A DNA stretch of 64,000 nt from Eledone cirrhosa (GCA_964016885.1 OZ024741.1:51212001-51276000), one strand, 5' to 3'. Shown: positions 11,877 to 25,081, numbered from the stretch's first letter. The notes: generated by a model from the sequence alone, not told the origin. Program-made: numbers and translations.

Positions 11877-13307
11877 CTACCTTTGCAAACAGGGGTTACC
11901 CATTACAAAGTCGGCAAGTGGGGTGTTACAGCCCTTGTCTACCCCCCCCCCCCTCGGGTCATTATGGGATTTGAGGGCGAGGTAAGTCCTACGCAATCTG
12001 TGTTTGCATGCAGTTACCAGTTCGTCTTTCTTGTTTAGGAGTTGTTCCTTCGAAAACAGCATTTGTAATGTTTCCTCCGAGCATAAATTGCACGGACGGC
12101 GTCCTCCCATGTAAGAGTTGGCTCTGGACAGTAAGCTCCAAGTGAGATCATAGGTTATATTGTTATCTTTGAGGTCCCAGATATGGCCCGAAAGTGTGGT
12201 GGCGTGACGCCGGGCCGGGTTTCGGAAAATATGTCTGTGTTGGTATAGCCGGGTCTTCAAGTCACATGCGGTTAATCCTATATAAGCTTTGTTGGAGGTG
12301 TCCGTCCTCACGTTGTACTGGTAGATCACATTTCGATCTCTGCATCTGTTGTCGAGGGGGCAAATGGATCCATCAGGACAATTGCACCTCCTGGTCGGCT
12401 CTCCACTGCTATTTAGGTTATTTCTTCCATAGGGGTTGAGTTTTTTGTTGTTAGAGGAGACGATGTTTTGTGTGAAGTTAGGTGTGGTGCTGTAGGAGAG
12501 TTTGATGGTATTTTGGTTGATTATGTTGTGGTAGCGGTGTTGTAGTGGGAAGTGTTTTTCGATGAGCCTAAAGAAGATTTTCCCGATAGGTGTTGTCACC
12601 TCGGCGTTGTGGGGAGGATTGAACCATGTTACGTTGGGTAAGCGGCGGTGTCGCCTGCTGGTTTCGCTAATGGGAGCTGGACAGTAGGATATTTCCTCCC
12701 GGAAGCCACTCCGCTTGAGGGCCAGGTTGTAATAAGGCGCATGTTCCTCGAATATCTGCTCATTAGCGGACAAACGAGATATGCGGAGGGAGATGTTTTT
12801 AACCAGGTTATTGGTGATGTTTCTGGGATGGTTTGACCGGCGGTTGATGTAGTGCAGCTTGTCGTTGGGTTTCCTGTATGGGTAGTACAGGTCATTATCG
12901 AGGTCAATGGTAACGTCCAGGAAGTTAACTCGGGTTAGGGACGTTTGTAGGGTTATTTTAAATCCCCAGTCGCGGAAGAAGCTGATTAATTGTTTACGGA
13001 CCCGGTCTGTACTACTGGGGTTATACCCTTTAAGGGTAAGGAGCCTATCATCACGGTACAATCCCCCGCCGAATGCAGGAAACATATCGGTGAGTTTAAC
13101 TAGTAGGAATAATCCTATAAAATCTGTGACCTCAGCCGAATCCGTCGCGCCCATACTGACGTCGAAGGGTGAGTCGGGAGCTCTCTTTATCCATTTGGAG
13201 TTGTCGAAAAGCAGGACTGTCTTCCTGGCATGGAGGATGATATTTCTTTCCTGGTCGGTGATGGGCGCAAGTGTCTCGGCAAAGTCCAAGGCAGCCGTAA
13301 GGAGCGG
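11877..13307 (-). CDS. Penelope-like RT (partial) + Cys-rich linker + GIY-YIG endonuclease (Naiad-like signature)
   Basis: Motifs MGA.DSAE, GLYRDD, NFLDV, WFNPP, CNC.....CPL...C, VIYQ...AYIGLT, CNLC..E, LLNK..E....C.H; the ORF-track N-terminus beyond ~13307 comes from an inverted UTR copy. Confidence 0.9.
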   Translation of the reverse strand, partial: PLLTAALDFAETLAPITDQERNIILHARKTVLLFDNSKWIKRAPDSPFDVSMGATDSAEVTDFIGLFLLVKLTDMFPAFGGGLYRDDRLLTLKGYNPSSTDRVRKQLISFFRDWGFKITLQTSLTRVNFLDVTIDLDNDLYYPYRKPNDKLHYINRRSNHPRNITNNLVKNISLRISRLSANEQIFEEHAPYYNLALKRSGFREEISYCPAPISETSRRHRRLPNVTWFNPPHNAEVTTPIGKIFFRLIEKHFPLQHRYHNIINQNTIKLSYSTTPNFTQNIVSSNNKKLNPYGRNNLNSSGEPTRRCNCPDGSICPLDNRCRDRNVIYQYNVRTDTSNKAYIGLTACDLKTRLYQHRHIFRNPARRHATTLSGHIWDLKDNNITYDLTWSLLSRANSYMGGRRPCNLCSEETLQMLFSKEQLLNKKDELVTACKHRLRRTYLALKSHNDPRGGGVDKGCNTPLADFVMGNPCLQR

Positions 13308-13411
13308 TATCAAATTTTTCATATATATCGTACGAGCATTTATGTAGTTTGTATTAGAATTTATGTATCGTAGCGGCACCCTTATATATTGTATTAGTAT
13401 ATACATATATT

Positions 13412-13477
<66 letters not shown>

Positions 13478-13487
13478 AACGAGTAGG

Positions 13488-13583
13488 ACCCCGACGGCTG
13501 AGCTCAAGCCGTTTCGACGGCTAATTCTGGACTAAATGAAAATTTTTATCCTGGTACATGAATAGCCGAGCTTCTCAGGGGAT
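13488..13583 (-). ncRNA. Hammerhead family H2
   Basis: As above; stem III ACGGC/GCCGT with palindromic TGAGCTCA. Confidence 0.6.
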
Positions 13584-13587
13584 AATT

Positions 13588-13651
<64 letters not shown>

Positions 13652-13691
13652 GATATTAAATAAATGGAAACTATATTTATAAAACCATATT

Positions 13692-13757
13692 TATTTCATT
13701 ATATATATTTCAGGGATATCATATTAAAAATATGTTATGCCTTCTTCAGACAAAATA
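13692..13757 (-). ncRNA. Type I hammerhead ribozyme
   Basis: TATTTTGT-CTGAAGA-AGG...CCT-GAAA-TATATA-TA-ATGAAATA; stem I 8 bp with two GU pairs; AUA triplet. Confidence 0.65.
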
Positions 13758-14010
13758 CAATATAAACAGTCTTATAAATAGATAGATTCGACATACCTTT
13801 CAACTTCGACTTCCATTTGAAAAGTTGATTTGGTAGTGAAAAATATTAGGGACAGTTATAAAAAGAAAGAAAGAAAACGAAGAAAAAGAAGAAATGCATG
13901 CAACTAAATAGAGAGAGATAGATATAGAGAGATAGATAGAGAGAAGAAATTCATGTAAAGAAACAGAGAGAGATATATAGAGAGAGGAAAAAATACAGAG
14001 GGAGATAGAT

Positions 14011-14081
<71 letters not shown>

Positions 14082-15226
14082 TATAGAGAGATAGATATAG
14101 ATAGAGATAGAGAGAAAGAAAATAGGTAGTTGGGCACCAGTTGGATGACGTATCAATGATATATTTATTTATTTATTTAGCTCTAGTATTAATGTAGAGA
14201 GAGATATATGTGGTTAGGAGAGAAAACAGCTGTTACATAGAGAGAAAAGAAAAATATCCAGACATAAACGAGGCAGATTTAAAACACTATGTTTTATCAA
14301 TGTAAAAATATGAATTCGTATAAATCAGGCATTATAATGTAAATATCAGTATTCATGAATGAGACACGTATCAATAATGTGTGAAAAATAATGATCATAT
14401 GTCTAGTTTAAAATTCCTAGGTTTATATCAGAGTTGAGATAAAATAGAAGGTTATCCCAGATTCGATACTATAGACATCCATGTGAATTTACGTGATCAG
14501 CTCTGCAAATTCCTATTTCACACGAAAACATTCGCATTGTGCTATAAAAATTCTAGTATACATATATGTGTACATACACACAAATATATATAGAGCCTAC
14601 ATTAATTTTAACAATACTATTCTTGTCTTTACTCTACATGATTATCGTTCAAGCATAAATAGAGAACAGATATCAATATATCAATAAAAATATCAGAAAC
14701 AAAAAAATAAATAAAAAACAAAAAAATATTAAAAATAAAAATATTAAAAATATTAAAAATAAAAATAAAACATAGTATGCCCCGCAAATCAACCACAGAG
14801 ATCAACCCTTCAAAGTTAATTGACAATATATTGCCAAGTTCATTATAAGCATCAGAATCAAAAGCAAACAAAACCAAAAATTATTTACCAAATCCTGTCT
14901 AGCAGAAAACATTCCAAAAGTTTAGGATACCCATTTGATCTACAGATGGTCTTATATTTAATATAGAAGTTTATCTAGTGTAAAATGTATTCGATATATT
15001 TGGAGCATCAGCTTTTAGGGTAGTTTAATTATTCATGAAGAATGTTTAAAATAAAAAAGAAATCGAAAGATTTATCGGCGAGTTTCATAAATAATTATAA
15101 ATCAAATTAAATATACTACATTTTAAATTTATATTTATATTTAAAAGTTGAGTTCAATCTATGTCTGCAGCAACTGAATAAATTTGTCCGTAAATTAAGG
15201 GAATTTTTAGATTTTAGTATAAAGAA

Positions 15227-15295
<69 letters not shown>

Positions 15296-15300
<5 letters not shown>

Positions 15301-15844
15301 TATGTATGTATACGTACATACATATATGTATACAGACGTACAGTAGTATGTATATATATACATACATGCACGCACATATATATATGTACGTATGGGTTTA
15401 CCGAACATTTATTATAATGTTCGGTTTTTTTGTAAACAAACAAACAGCCCGAATTACGCCGTACAGTGTTCAGGCAACCATCGTCGCCATTTTGTTCAAC
15501 ACTGACACAGAAACGATGTACTAGTTTCAAGCTTATTAGCTATCGTCAGCATCGTATACCTTCCTGCCAGATGATTGAACGTCTGAAAGTATATACTTTC
15601 CTTACGCATATTAACGGCTGAGTAGCCTAATTTGCATATCGAGTGAGTTAGTCGGCCGGGCGCACCGAAAACGATAAATGGAAAAGAATAAAACGTATAC
15701 ATATATATATGTGTGCATGTATGTATATATATACATACTACTGTACGTCTGTATACATATATGTATGTACATATACATACATACTTACATTTAAGTATCA
15801 GCCGTACTAAGAGTGAGAAATGAAATTTCGTTTCATTCTTTTCC

Positions 15845-15845
<1 letters not shown>
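15296..15845 (-). repeat. Copy of a ~420-bp hammerhead-containing repeat (retrozyme/pLTR-like) with internal orientation switch
   Basis: Reverse complement of the 17341-17930 unit up to ~15690, then the same strand as 17420-17555. Confidence 0.65.
15513..15555 (-). ncRNA. Minimal type I hammerhead (H4)
   Basis: ACGATG-CTGACGA-tAGCTaataAGCTt-GAAA-CTAG-TA-CATCGT; palindromic ACTAGT stem III. Confidence 0.8.
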
Positions 15846-15940
<95 letters not shown>

Positions 15941-15990
15941 TGAGTATCTTATTTACTTACTGTGGTTACCCCAGATTGAATGCGGGATAA

Positions 15991-16100
<110 letters not shown>

Positions 16101-16700
16101 TTATCCCGCATTCAATCTGGGGTAACCACAGTAAGTAAATAAGATACTCAATACATAGCAGTGTATAAATATTTAATATAGAAATGGCTTCTACAGGACT
16201 AGAACTGTTCCATTCGGGAGAAATCATCAGAGAAATCATGTAGCCTTTGCTACATGTGGTATTGTCTACTGTTTTATCAACAAAAACATGCTGCATTGGA
16301 TTTGGGGAAGCTGCTGATGACATGTAATATGCAGACCTGTCAAATCTCCCCGTCCGACGGGGAGGAGGAAGGGATCTAGCTCTCCCCCCCCCCCCCCCCC
16401 TCCACACACACACACACACAGTTTGGGGTGGGCGAGATATGTCTTATCTTGTGGAAATGGGTATAGCTTTCATTATGTACAATCTCCCGATTTTGCCTCA
16501 TTTCTCCCTGTTTGGGATCCTTGTTTTCGTGGTGCTCCCCGTGTGGGTTTTTAGAGGTTGGCAGGTCTGAATACGTATCTGTTACAGAAATCTAACATAA
16601 TCGATATTTTCGGATGCATCCTTCGAGGTAAAAGCTTCGCTGTGTTTTATTAATTCATTAGGTATTCTGCATTTATTTCTTGTTCTCGAACTGTAAAGTC

Positions 16701-17078
16701 ACTCTCGGGTCTCGAATAATCGTCGACCCTACCCCCGGATTTTTTTTCACCCCACCCCCAGGCCCACTTATTAAATTTTGCTAATCTATCTCCGGTGAAA
16801 TTTTATTTTAAGTGGTAGCATTCCTGCGATAATTAATTTTCTTTAGACATTAAAAAAACATACATGACAAAAAAGTACATTAGAAATCCCATATGTTATA
16901 AAATAAATAGAATGGGTTGGAGTCTCGATATGTAAACTAAACGACTAATTCTGGGTTTTTTTAAAACAACGAAGACAACCTAGAAAAATTACCGATTTTC
17001 CCACCAACCTCCACCCACCCCGCTTATTCCAATCCCTCAGTTTATCCCCCACCCCCTATTATTTGGGACCCGAGAGTA
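16701..17078. mobile_element. MITE with TIR CTCTCGGGTCTCGAATAAT
   Basis: TIR at both ends; homologous copy at 26888-27335. Confidence 0.7.
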
Positions 17079-17340
17079 AAGCCATCGAATTTAACACCAT
17101 GTATCAATAATGAATTCAAAAGAAGTTACATTTCATGCAACCCAGGATTAACCACTAAATAATATAAGCACGTGCTTGAAGTTTCAAGTAAAGAAGGGCC
17201 CTATAGAGGTTTTATTTCCATTACAGTACGGGGCAGTACCATAATCCTTTCAGTGCTTGCATGGTCCTGTAACTCCCTGGAAAGTCGTTAGGGTGCTATA
17301 TTGACACATGGCTTTTCTAGGGCATTTTAAAACCTGACGG

Positions 17341-17930
17341 TTGCCGAACACTGTACGGCGTAATTCGGGCTGTTTGTTTACAAACAAACCGAACATTATA
17401 ATAAATGTTCGGTAAACCCATACGTATATATATATGTGTGCATGTATGTATATATATACATACTACTGTACGTCTGTATACATATATGTATACATACTTA
17501 TATTTAAGTATCAGCCTTATTAAGAGTGAGAAATGAAATTTCGTTTCATTCTTTTCCATTTATCGTTTTCGGTACGCCCGGCCGACTAACTCACTCGATA
17601 TGCAAATTAGTCTGCTCAGCCGTTAATATGCATAAGGAAAGTATATACTTTCAAACGTTCAATCATCTGACAGGAAGGTATACGATGCTGACGATATCTA
17701 GTAAGCTTGAAACTAGTTCATCGTTCCTTTGTCAGTGTTGAACAAAATGGCAACGATGGTTGCCGAACACAGTACGGCTAATAATTCGGGCTGTTTGTTT
17801 ACAAACAAACCGAACATTATAATAAATATTCGGTAAACCCATACGTACATATATATATGTGTGCATGTATGTATATATATATACATACTACTGTACGTTT
17901 GTATACATATATGTATGTACGTATACATAC
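17341..17930 (+). repeat. 1.4 tandem copies of a ~420-bp hammerhead-bearing unit
   Basis: TTGCCGAACAC...CGGTAAACCCATACGTA at 17341 and 17761. Confidence 0.7.
17682..17724 (+). ncRNA. Minimal hammerhead H4 (GUU triplet)
   Basis: ACGATG CTGACGA tatctagtaagctt GAAA CTAG TT CATCGT. Confidence 0.7.
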
Positions 17931-18404
17931 TTATATATATATATATATGTATGTAAGTATGTATGTATGTGTCTATGTATGTACGTATACGTACATATGT
18001 ATTTATGTATGTATGTATGTGTGTGTGTAGATATGTATGTATGTATTATGTATGTATGTGTGTGTGTGTATGTATGTATGATATGTGTATATATGTATAT
18101 ATGTATGTTCTGGTAACAGTTATTTGGTTTCCCCCCACCGTGAAAGACCTAGTTTCCAAAGCGAAAACAAGAATCTTTTATTAGAATTTAGACAACATCA
18201 ACTAGATAGACATTCAGGTATATTAATATGGTTGCTGTAGTTCTTTATCGTAGACTTTATCGTAGACTTCAAACGTGTCATTAGCAAAGTGGCACAACTT
18301 TTATTACTTTACTCAAGACAGTTCCAGTGATTTGTGAAGGAGTTGATATAGTTGCCCTCATATAAGAGGTATGTATATCTCTTCAGTTGCCAAGTGTGTA
18401 TGTT

Positions 18405-18575
18405 TGGCAGTATCGGTAGAGCGTCAGACTACATTCTTTGCAGCATAGTTATGGCCTATGCGTTCTGAGTTCAAATCCGCCGAGGTTAACTTTGCCTTTC
18501 ATCCTTACGAGGTCGATAAAATAAAGTACCAGTGATGCACTGGGGAAAACGCTGGCCTTGTGCAAAAGTAGAAAC
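18405..18575 (+). mobile_element. tRNA-derived SINE (same family as 1905-2422)
   Basis: A-box-like TGGCAGTATCGG, B-box-like GAGTTCAAATCC, shared core. Confidence 0.7.
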
Positions 18576-18697
18576 CCTATATATATGTGTGTGTGTGTGT
18601 GTGTGTGCTATATTTTTGGACCCAGGTTAATCAACCTCGATTATTAAGCCTAGCTGGGATTTCGTCAGAATGCATTATATCATCTAAATAACAATAC

Positions 18698-19042
18698 GGG
18701 AAGGCGTGTGGCTTAGTGGTTAGAGCGTTGGGTTCACAATCACGAGGTTGTAGGTTCGAATCTTGAACCGAACGGTGCGTTGTACCCTTAAGCAAGACAC
18801 TTTATTTTATGTTACTCTAGTTCACTCAGATGGAAAAGATTGAGTTGTGATGTAATGTCACTGGTGCCTAGTTGTTTCGCCCTTTGCCTCACCCTTGAAC
18901 ATTGGTGACGTGAAGAGGGGAAACTAGTATGCATGGGCGACTGCTGGTCTTCCAAAAGATACTTTGCCCGGGACTGTGCCTCGAAGGGGTTCTTTCTATG
19001 TGTAAAACATATTATCATTCGTGACCGAAGGGGATCTTTTAT
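18698..19042 (+). mobile_element. tRNA-headed SINE with CORE-like block
   Basis: A box TGGCTTAGTGG, B box GGTTCGAATC, then TGTACCCTTAAGCAAGACACTT. Confidence 0.7.
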
Positions 19043-19047
19043 ACCAT

Positions 19048-19350
19048 ATACGATTTCATAGGTTTCTGCTGCGTTTTTGCCGAGCTTGACACAAAAGCTT
19101 ATTGCATATCGAGCCTCCAAGCTTTCCTCAAGTCCCGACTGCATTGGCTGTGAGAAGTCGGGTAGTGTGACGGATAATGTTTAACGTGCTGTAGTGACTC
19201 GAACCTTCAACCTGAAAAAAAAAATTAAAAAAAGATTTGACATGTTTTCTTAATATAAACATATCAATGGTGTATTAGAGTGACAGTTAGGTAGATCAAT
19301 TAAAAGTGCCTAAAAGAAAAGGTCTCAAAACTTCTTGAGTGTACCTCGTC
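19048..19350 (-). mobile_element. Mariner transposon 5' remnant
   Basis: EARYAISFCVKLGKNAAETYE resembles the mariner transposase N-terminal HTH; terminus ACGAGGTACACTCAAGAAGTTT. Confidence 0.7.
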
Positions 19351-19362
19351 CACTCATGTGAC

Positions 19363-19407
<45 letters not shown>

Positions 19408-19582
19408 CAAAGAGGGTGTGGTAAGATACCAGGTGGACCATAACGCACCAGAGTACTCAATACTTAGAGTAGTAGAGTGGGTAATAGGAAAAGAGTCAGG
19501 ACCCCGATAGCTGAGCTCTGGCCATTTCGACAGCTACATTCCAACTAAGCCACTTGTGGTCCTGACTCTTTTCCTATATATA

Positions 19583-19662
<80 letters not shown>

Positions 19663-19666
19663 CTTA

Positions 19667-19705
19667 CTGATGATTTCTCACGAATGAAACAGTTCTAGTC
19701 CTGTA
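19667..19705 (+). ncRNA. Hammerhead H1 core in a pLTR fragment
   Basis: CTGATGA tttctcacgaat GAAA CAGttctagtcCTG TA; stem I degraded. Confidence 0.6.
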
Positions 19706-19802
19706 AAACCTCTTCTATATTAAAACATTTATACTCTGCTATGTATTGAGTACCTTAATTACTGTGGTTACCCCCGATTCAACCCGGAATAACTTTTATA
19801 TG

Positions 19803-19882
<80 letters not shown>

Positions 19883-20088
19883 CATTCTTGGAAACTCAAA
19901 TGGAGAATATTTGAAATACTTTACAAATCTCCCCTATACATCTAATCGAATGTGTTTGTATGATGTATGTAATATTCTTTTGTTCTCTTTTGGAAAGCTC
20001 CCACGTTTCCACATTTTTATGCAAATCTGCTGTTACGTAGCTCAGTGCACCTCGGATATTAGGCACAAATGACCATCATTCCTGGATA

Positions 20089-20305
20089 TACGAGGAGGTT
20101 TTGAAAAGTTCCTGGCTTGATCGCTGCTACAGAGGCCTGGTAGGAGGCCCAACCTTCCGTGTTCATTTTACACGGCTTAGAAAAACTGAAGGGCCGCTGC
20201 AATAAGTGTGGAAATCTGAGAGGGGAATATGTTGAATAAAATTATAACTAACTGATCCTCCTGTAATTTCTTTTACCCAAAGCCATGAATTTTCAACGTA
20301 TCGTA
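20089..20305. mobile_element. Mariner-type MITE
   Basis: TA-CGAGGAGGTTTTGAAAAGTTCCTGGCT ... AGCCATGAATTTTCAAC...TCG-TA. Confidence 0.6.
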
Positions 20306-21290
20306 AGAACTGTAATTTCCCAATAGTTCACTCTAGATGTTCTTTTTCCTCATAACATTAGAAGAGATATTAGTGTCCCTCAGCCAGCTGACATCTTCAA
20401 TAGCGTATGATTCGTGTATATCTGTACACGTATGTATGTACAGTATGTATGCATGTATATCATTGCATGTGTAGATCTATATGTTTGACTGAGGTACATA
20501 ATATATTTTTGCATGTTTATACGAGTGTATGTGTGCGTGCTACATGCTAAACTTATGGAATGTTTCACATATTTTCACAAATACATTAAAGATATAGAAT
20601 ACTTATTTCATAACTAGTTGTATCGTTTCTGGATTTATGAAGAATCAGCGTCCTTAACGTGAAACAGTTATATAACCTTGAGTCCCAATAATGGTTTCTG
20701 ATTTAGGCACAAGGGCAACACTTTTGGGGGAGGGGAAAGTCTATTAAATCTACTTCAGTGCATTACTGGTTGGTGCATTATTTTATAGACCTCGTAAGGG
20801 GACCGTCTGCTATCAATATAACACCAAATTAGCAGGATGTCCCCGAATCAAATTTTCTATTTTCTATTATCTATGTTTTGTTCTATCTCCTATCTTATAT
20901 TCTATGTTTGAATTAAACGTAATCCTGTTTCATAATTCTGCAAGTAACACCTGATGAAATCGCCTAGTCTTACATCATAATCGCCTAGTCTTACATCATT
21001 TCGGCCGCTTGTATTCTTTCAGTCATTACCCAAGTTTCATGCCCGACAACAACAGAGATGTCGAAATTCACCATTTGACTGCTGGTGTCGTCATTGCTGC
21101 TACTATACTCTAAGTCGCTTAACGGAGCTAAAACCAGGATAAGCATTGGTCTGGTCTCCGGGCTTGGGACATATTTTAACATATATAGGCAACATGGTAA
21201 ATATGATAGAAACTTAAATCTCTGAAGTTAAGTTGAAATTAAAGTCTAATATCATTATCCATTTGTATGTGTGTATATTTATATACATAC

Positions 21291-21343
<53 letters not shown>

Positions 21344-21462
21344 GTAGGGTGTGGTGAAAAACCAGGTGGACCATAACCCACCAGAGTACTCAACAGTTGG
21401 CATAGTAGAGTGGATAATATGAAAAGATTCAGGACTGCGAATCTTTTCATATATACATATAT

Positions 21463-22023
21463 ATCAAACTCTTCTACAGCACCACACCCAACTTTGCACA
21501 AAACATCGCCTCCTCAAACACCAAGAAACTCAACTCCTATGGAAGAAACAACCTATACATTAGTGGAGAGCCGACCAGGAGATGTAACTTCCCTGATGGA
21601 TCTACGTATGCCCTCAACAACAGATGCCGAGAACGTAGTGTGATCTACCAATGTAACGTGAGGACGGAAAACTCCAACAAAGCCTATATAGGATTAACCG
21701 CTTGTGACTTTAAGACCCGGCTCGACCAACACCGACATACGTTCAGAAACCCGGCCCGGCGACATGCCACTACACTTTCGGGCCACATCTGGGACATCCA
21801 AGATAATAACATAAAATACAATCTTACTTGGAGCTTACTGTCCAGGGCTAACTCCTACACGGGAGGACGCCGTCCGTGTAACTTATGCTCGGAGGAAACA
21901 ATACAAATGCTGTTTACGAAGGACCAACTCCTAAACAAAAAAGACGAACATGTAACTGCATGTAAACACCGATTGCGTAGGACTTATCTCGCCCTCAAAC
22001 CCCCTCATGACCTGGGTGGGTAG
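21463..22023 (+). pseudogene. PLE linker + GIY-YIG domain
   Basis: IKLFYSTTPNF...VIYQCNV...AYIGLTACDFKTR...CNLCSEE...CKHR, near-identical to the 11877 ORF C-terminus. Confidence 0.85.
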
Positions 22024-22649
22024 ACAATGGCTGCAACATCCTTCTTTTCCCCATTTGCCGAACAAGATAGGGGAAACCCCAGCATACATAGGTAGATGTA
22101 CTTCTTTTCTTTTTTCCCTTTATCTCTTCTTCTCACTTCCTTCCACCCCCTCTCCTCTTCCTTTTCCTTTTTCCTGTTTCGCCTACCCTGAGGCAGCCCA
22201 TCGGGCTTTTGTAGCCTCAGTACCCCCACCACAGTAAATTCTATATAGCACTGGCCGAAAACGCAATACCAGCTAAAAATATAGCAGCTGCTTTAGACTA
22301 GTTTTTTTTTATTATTTTTTATTATTTAATTTTTTAATATTATTATTTTTTTATATATTTTTAAATCTCAATTTATTAACCTTTTAATTTTATAACTTCC
22401 CACTCTCAGATTCCTCCAGAATTCCTTTTTCGCCTGCTCTCTAACTAGCCTAATTTCATACACACTCCTTAGAATTTGGTGTATAGAAATCACTTTCAAC
22501 GCTTGGCCGGCTCCACCCACTCCCTCATTGTTCAACAGGCAAGTTCAGCCACCCCCACCTCCCACCCACCGCCATGAAAGATTTAATTGTGTTTACAAGA
22601 AATTTTGACCAATCCTTTTGACAACTACAATCTTCCCAAATAAGGAATT

Positions 22650-22744
22650 ACCCCTTGAAAAGTTCGGCTATTTATTACCACGCTAAAAATTCTAATTTAG
22701 TCCAGAAATAGCTGTCGAAACGGCTTGAGCTCTGCCGTCGGGGT
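22650..22744 (+). ncRNA. Hammerhead H2 with U3-A8 core
   Basis: ACCCC-TTGAAAA-GTTCGGCTA...TAGCTGTC-GAAA-CGGC ttgagctct GCCG-TC-GGGGT. Confidence 0.7.
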
Positions 22745-22793
22745 CTTGAACATTTTCCTATATATATATACATGTTTCTTTCAATAAACATAC

Positions 22794-22922
22794 TTCATCA
22801 TTTCTGAAGATGGCATGTATAGGTGAAGGTATGTATATCTCCTCTGATAATTTGTAATATTTTTTTACATAGATCTTTAACATGATACACATATATCCCA
22901 GAAACGATCGTAAAATGATGAA
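22794..22922 (+). ncRNA. Type I hammerhead with ~85-nt stem II insertion
   Basis: 10-bp stem I TTCATCATTT/AAATGATGAA, CTGAAGA, TGG...CCA, GAAAC-GATC-GTA. Confidence 0.8.
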
Positions 22923-22981
22923 TTTTTCAATATAAGGAACCTGTTCTTTGTTTTTATTTCATTGTTTTTATTAATTTATAC

Positions 22982-23045
<64 letters not shown>

Positions 23046-23177
23046 GTGTGGTGTTTGTGTGGGTATGATTTAATACGAATGAAATAGTTCTAGTCCGGTC
23101 TAATAAAGATGCCTATACTCTACCAATGTATTGAGTACTAGGGAATCTACATATTATACACATACGCACGCACACGC

Positions 23178-23256
<79 letters not shown>

Positions 23257-23346
23257 CACACACATATATATGTGTGTGTATATATATAAAAGTCAATTAA
23301 TTTTATTTTATATCATTAAATATTGTAATTAACAGTTCCATCGGGA

Positions 23347-23379
<33 letters not shown>

Positions 23380-23786
23380 CATACATACATACATACATAC
23401 ATACATTTAGAATACATACATAATTACATACACACATTCTTACCATTTTTACAAACATACATAAATGCAACCATACGAGCGTACATGCATATATACATAC
23501 ATACATACCTACACATACGTTGATGCATATATACTCATATACATACGTGTGTGTTTAGGCATGTGTCTGTTTATACTTGTGTGTTGTGTATGTGTGTGTA
23601 TATCTACTTGTGCATGTATATATATATATATATACATATGTGTGTGATGAATTGTTTATTTTTTATTCGCTCTAATTTTAGCTTATGACACTTTGCTAAA
23701 TTTCTGCTTGTAAGATGGACTCCTGCTCTATTTTAAACTATATTTTATATGTAAAACCTTATTGTTTATGAGTGTCGATGTATGTA

Positions 23787-23901
<115 letters not shown>

Positions 23902-23922
23902 GTGTGTGTGTATATATATATG

Positions 23923-23954
<32 letters not shown>

Positions 23955-24013
23955 TGTGTGTGTATACACACACATATACATATACTTATGTATAGATATA
24001 TTCAAATATACAA

Positions 24014-24074
<61 letters not shown>

Positions 24075-24833
24075 CGTGCATGCATGCATATTTACATACA
24101 TACATACATACATGCATACACATATATACATACATGTATACATAGATACATACATACATATATACAAAACACGTTCACACATGCCCGTATGCAGAAAGGT
24201 TAGATATCACACATATATATATGAGTATATATATATATATATGTGTGTGTGTGTATTGCGAAGAAGATACATATAACTATAAGTTTGTAAAGAAAGACGA
24301 TCTAAGTTTAAATATTGACGAAGCTGTTGAGAATGCCAAGTGTAGATGTTATGTAAAGAGAATGTATTAGTGATATTATTGATATATCTATAACGATGAG
24401 CTTTTAAATCGATGCTGTTTGTTGATTTAAGTAATCAACTGTCTCTTATACAAAGACCTCTTTCTCGGCTTGCTGACTTAAAACTTCGTCTTCATTGTAT
24501 TCCTTCCTATATATTCAAACTTCCTACATTTTTCTCTTCTCTTTTCTCTCTTCTATCTTTTCATCTACTCATTGGTGATCTCTATCGCCATTACCTTCAT
24601 TCTCGCCGCCGCCATTTTCTTTATCACCTTCGCCACCTTTATCTTCTTTACTCTTCACTTTTCCATACTCTTATATATGCTTATTTGTGTGTGTGTGTGT
24701 ATGTGTGTGTGTTGCTATTTTTGTGTGTGTTTTATACATAAGTACATACGTATATACATACATTCATACATATATATATACTTTTCTCTATACGTACACA
24801 TACAATCACATTTAGTATGTTTGTATTTACAGA

Positions 24834-24923
<90 letters not shown>

Positions 24924-24997
24924 CATACGTACATACATATTTTCTATATGTGTAATATATATATATATATATTACACATATAGAAAATATGTATATA

Positions 24998-25044
<47 letters not shown>

Positions 25045-25048
<4 letters not shown>

Positions 25049-25081
25049 TGGCTGCCAACTCGTTTTCGAGTACGGCCACTC

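Larger units (their letters stand above)
10640..13592 (-). mobile_element. Penelope-like retroelement (5'-truncated) with long 3'UTR/pLTR and hammerheads
   Basis: RT+GIY-YIG ORF; 3' region homologous to 22020-22760(+) and 63480-64000(-); hammerhead segment present at both ends. Confidence 0.85.
21341..22760 (+). mobile_element. 5'-truncated Penelope-like element (same family as 10640-13592) with an inverted pLTR piece at its 5' end
   Basis: GIY-YIG coding ~21463-22023, homologous 3'UTR, H2 hammerhead; 21341-21445 is the pLTR end in the opposite orientation. Confidence 0.85.

Noticed and set aside
18698-18775. Functional tRNA gene
   Set aside because: No acceptor-stem pairing; continues into a SINE body
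21157-21170. GTCCCAAGCCCGG on the minus strand, a twister ribozyme loop-4-like motif next to an RTE-like remnant (GHETWVMTER..QAAEM)
   Set aside because: The flanking P1/P2/P4 partners and the GAGGG element are missing; at most a fragment
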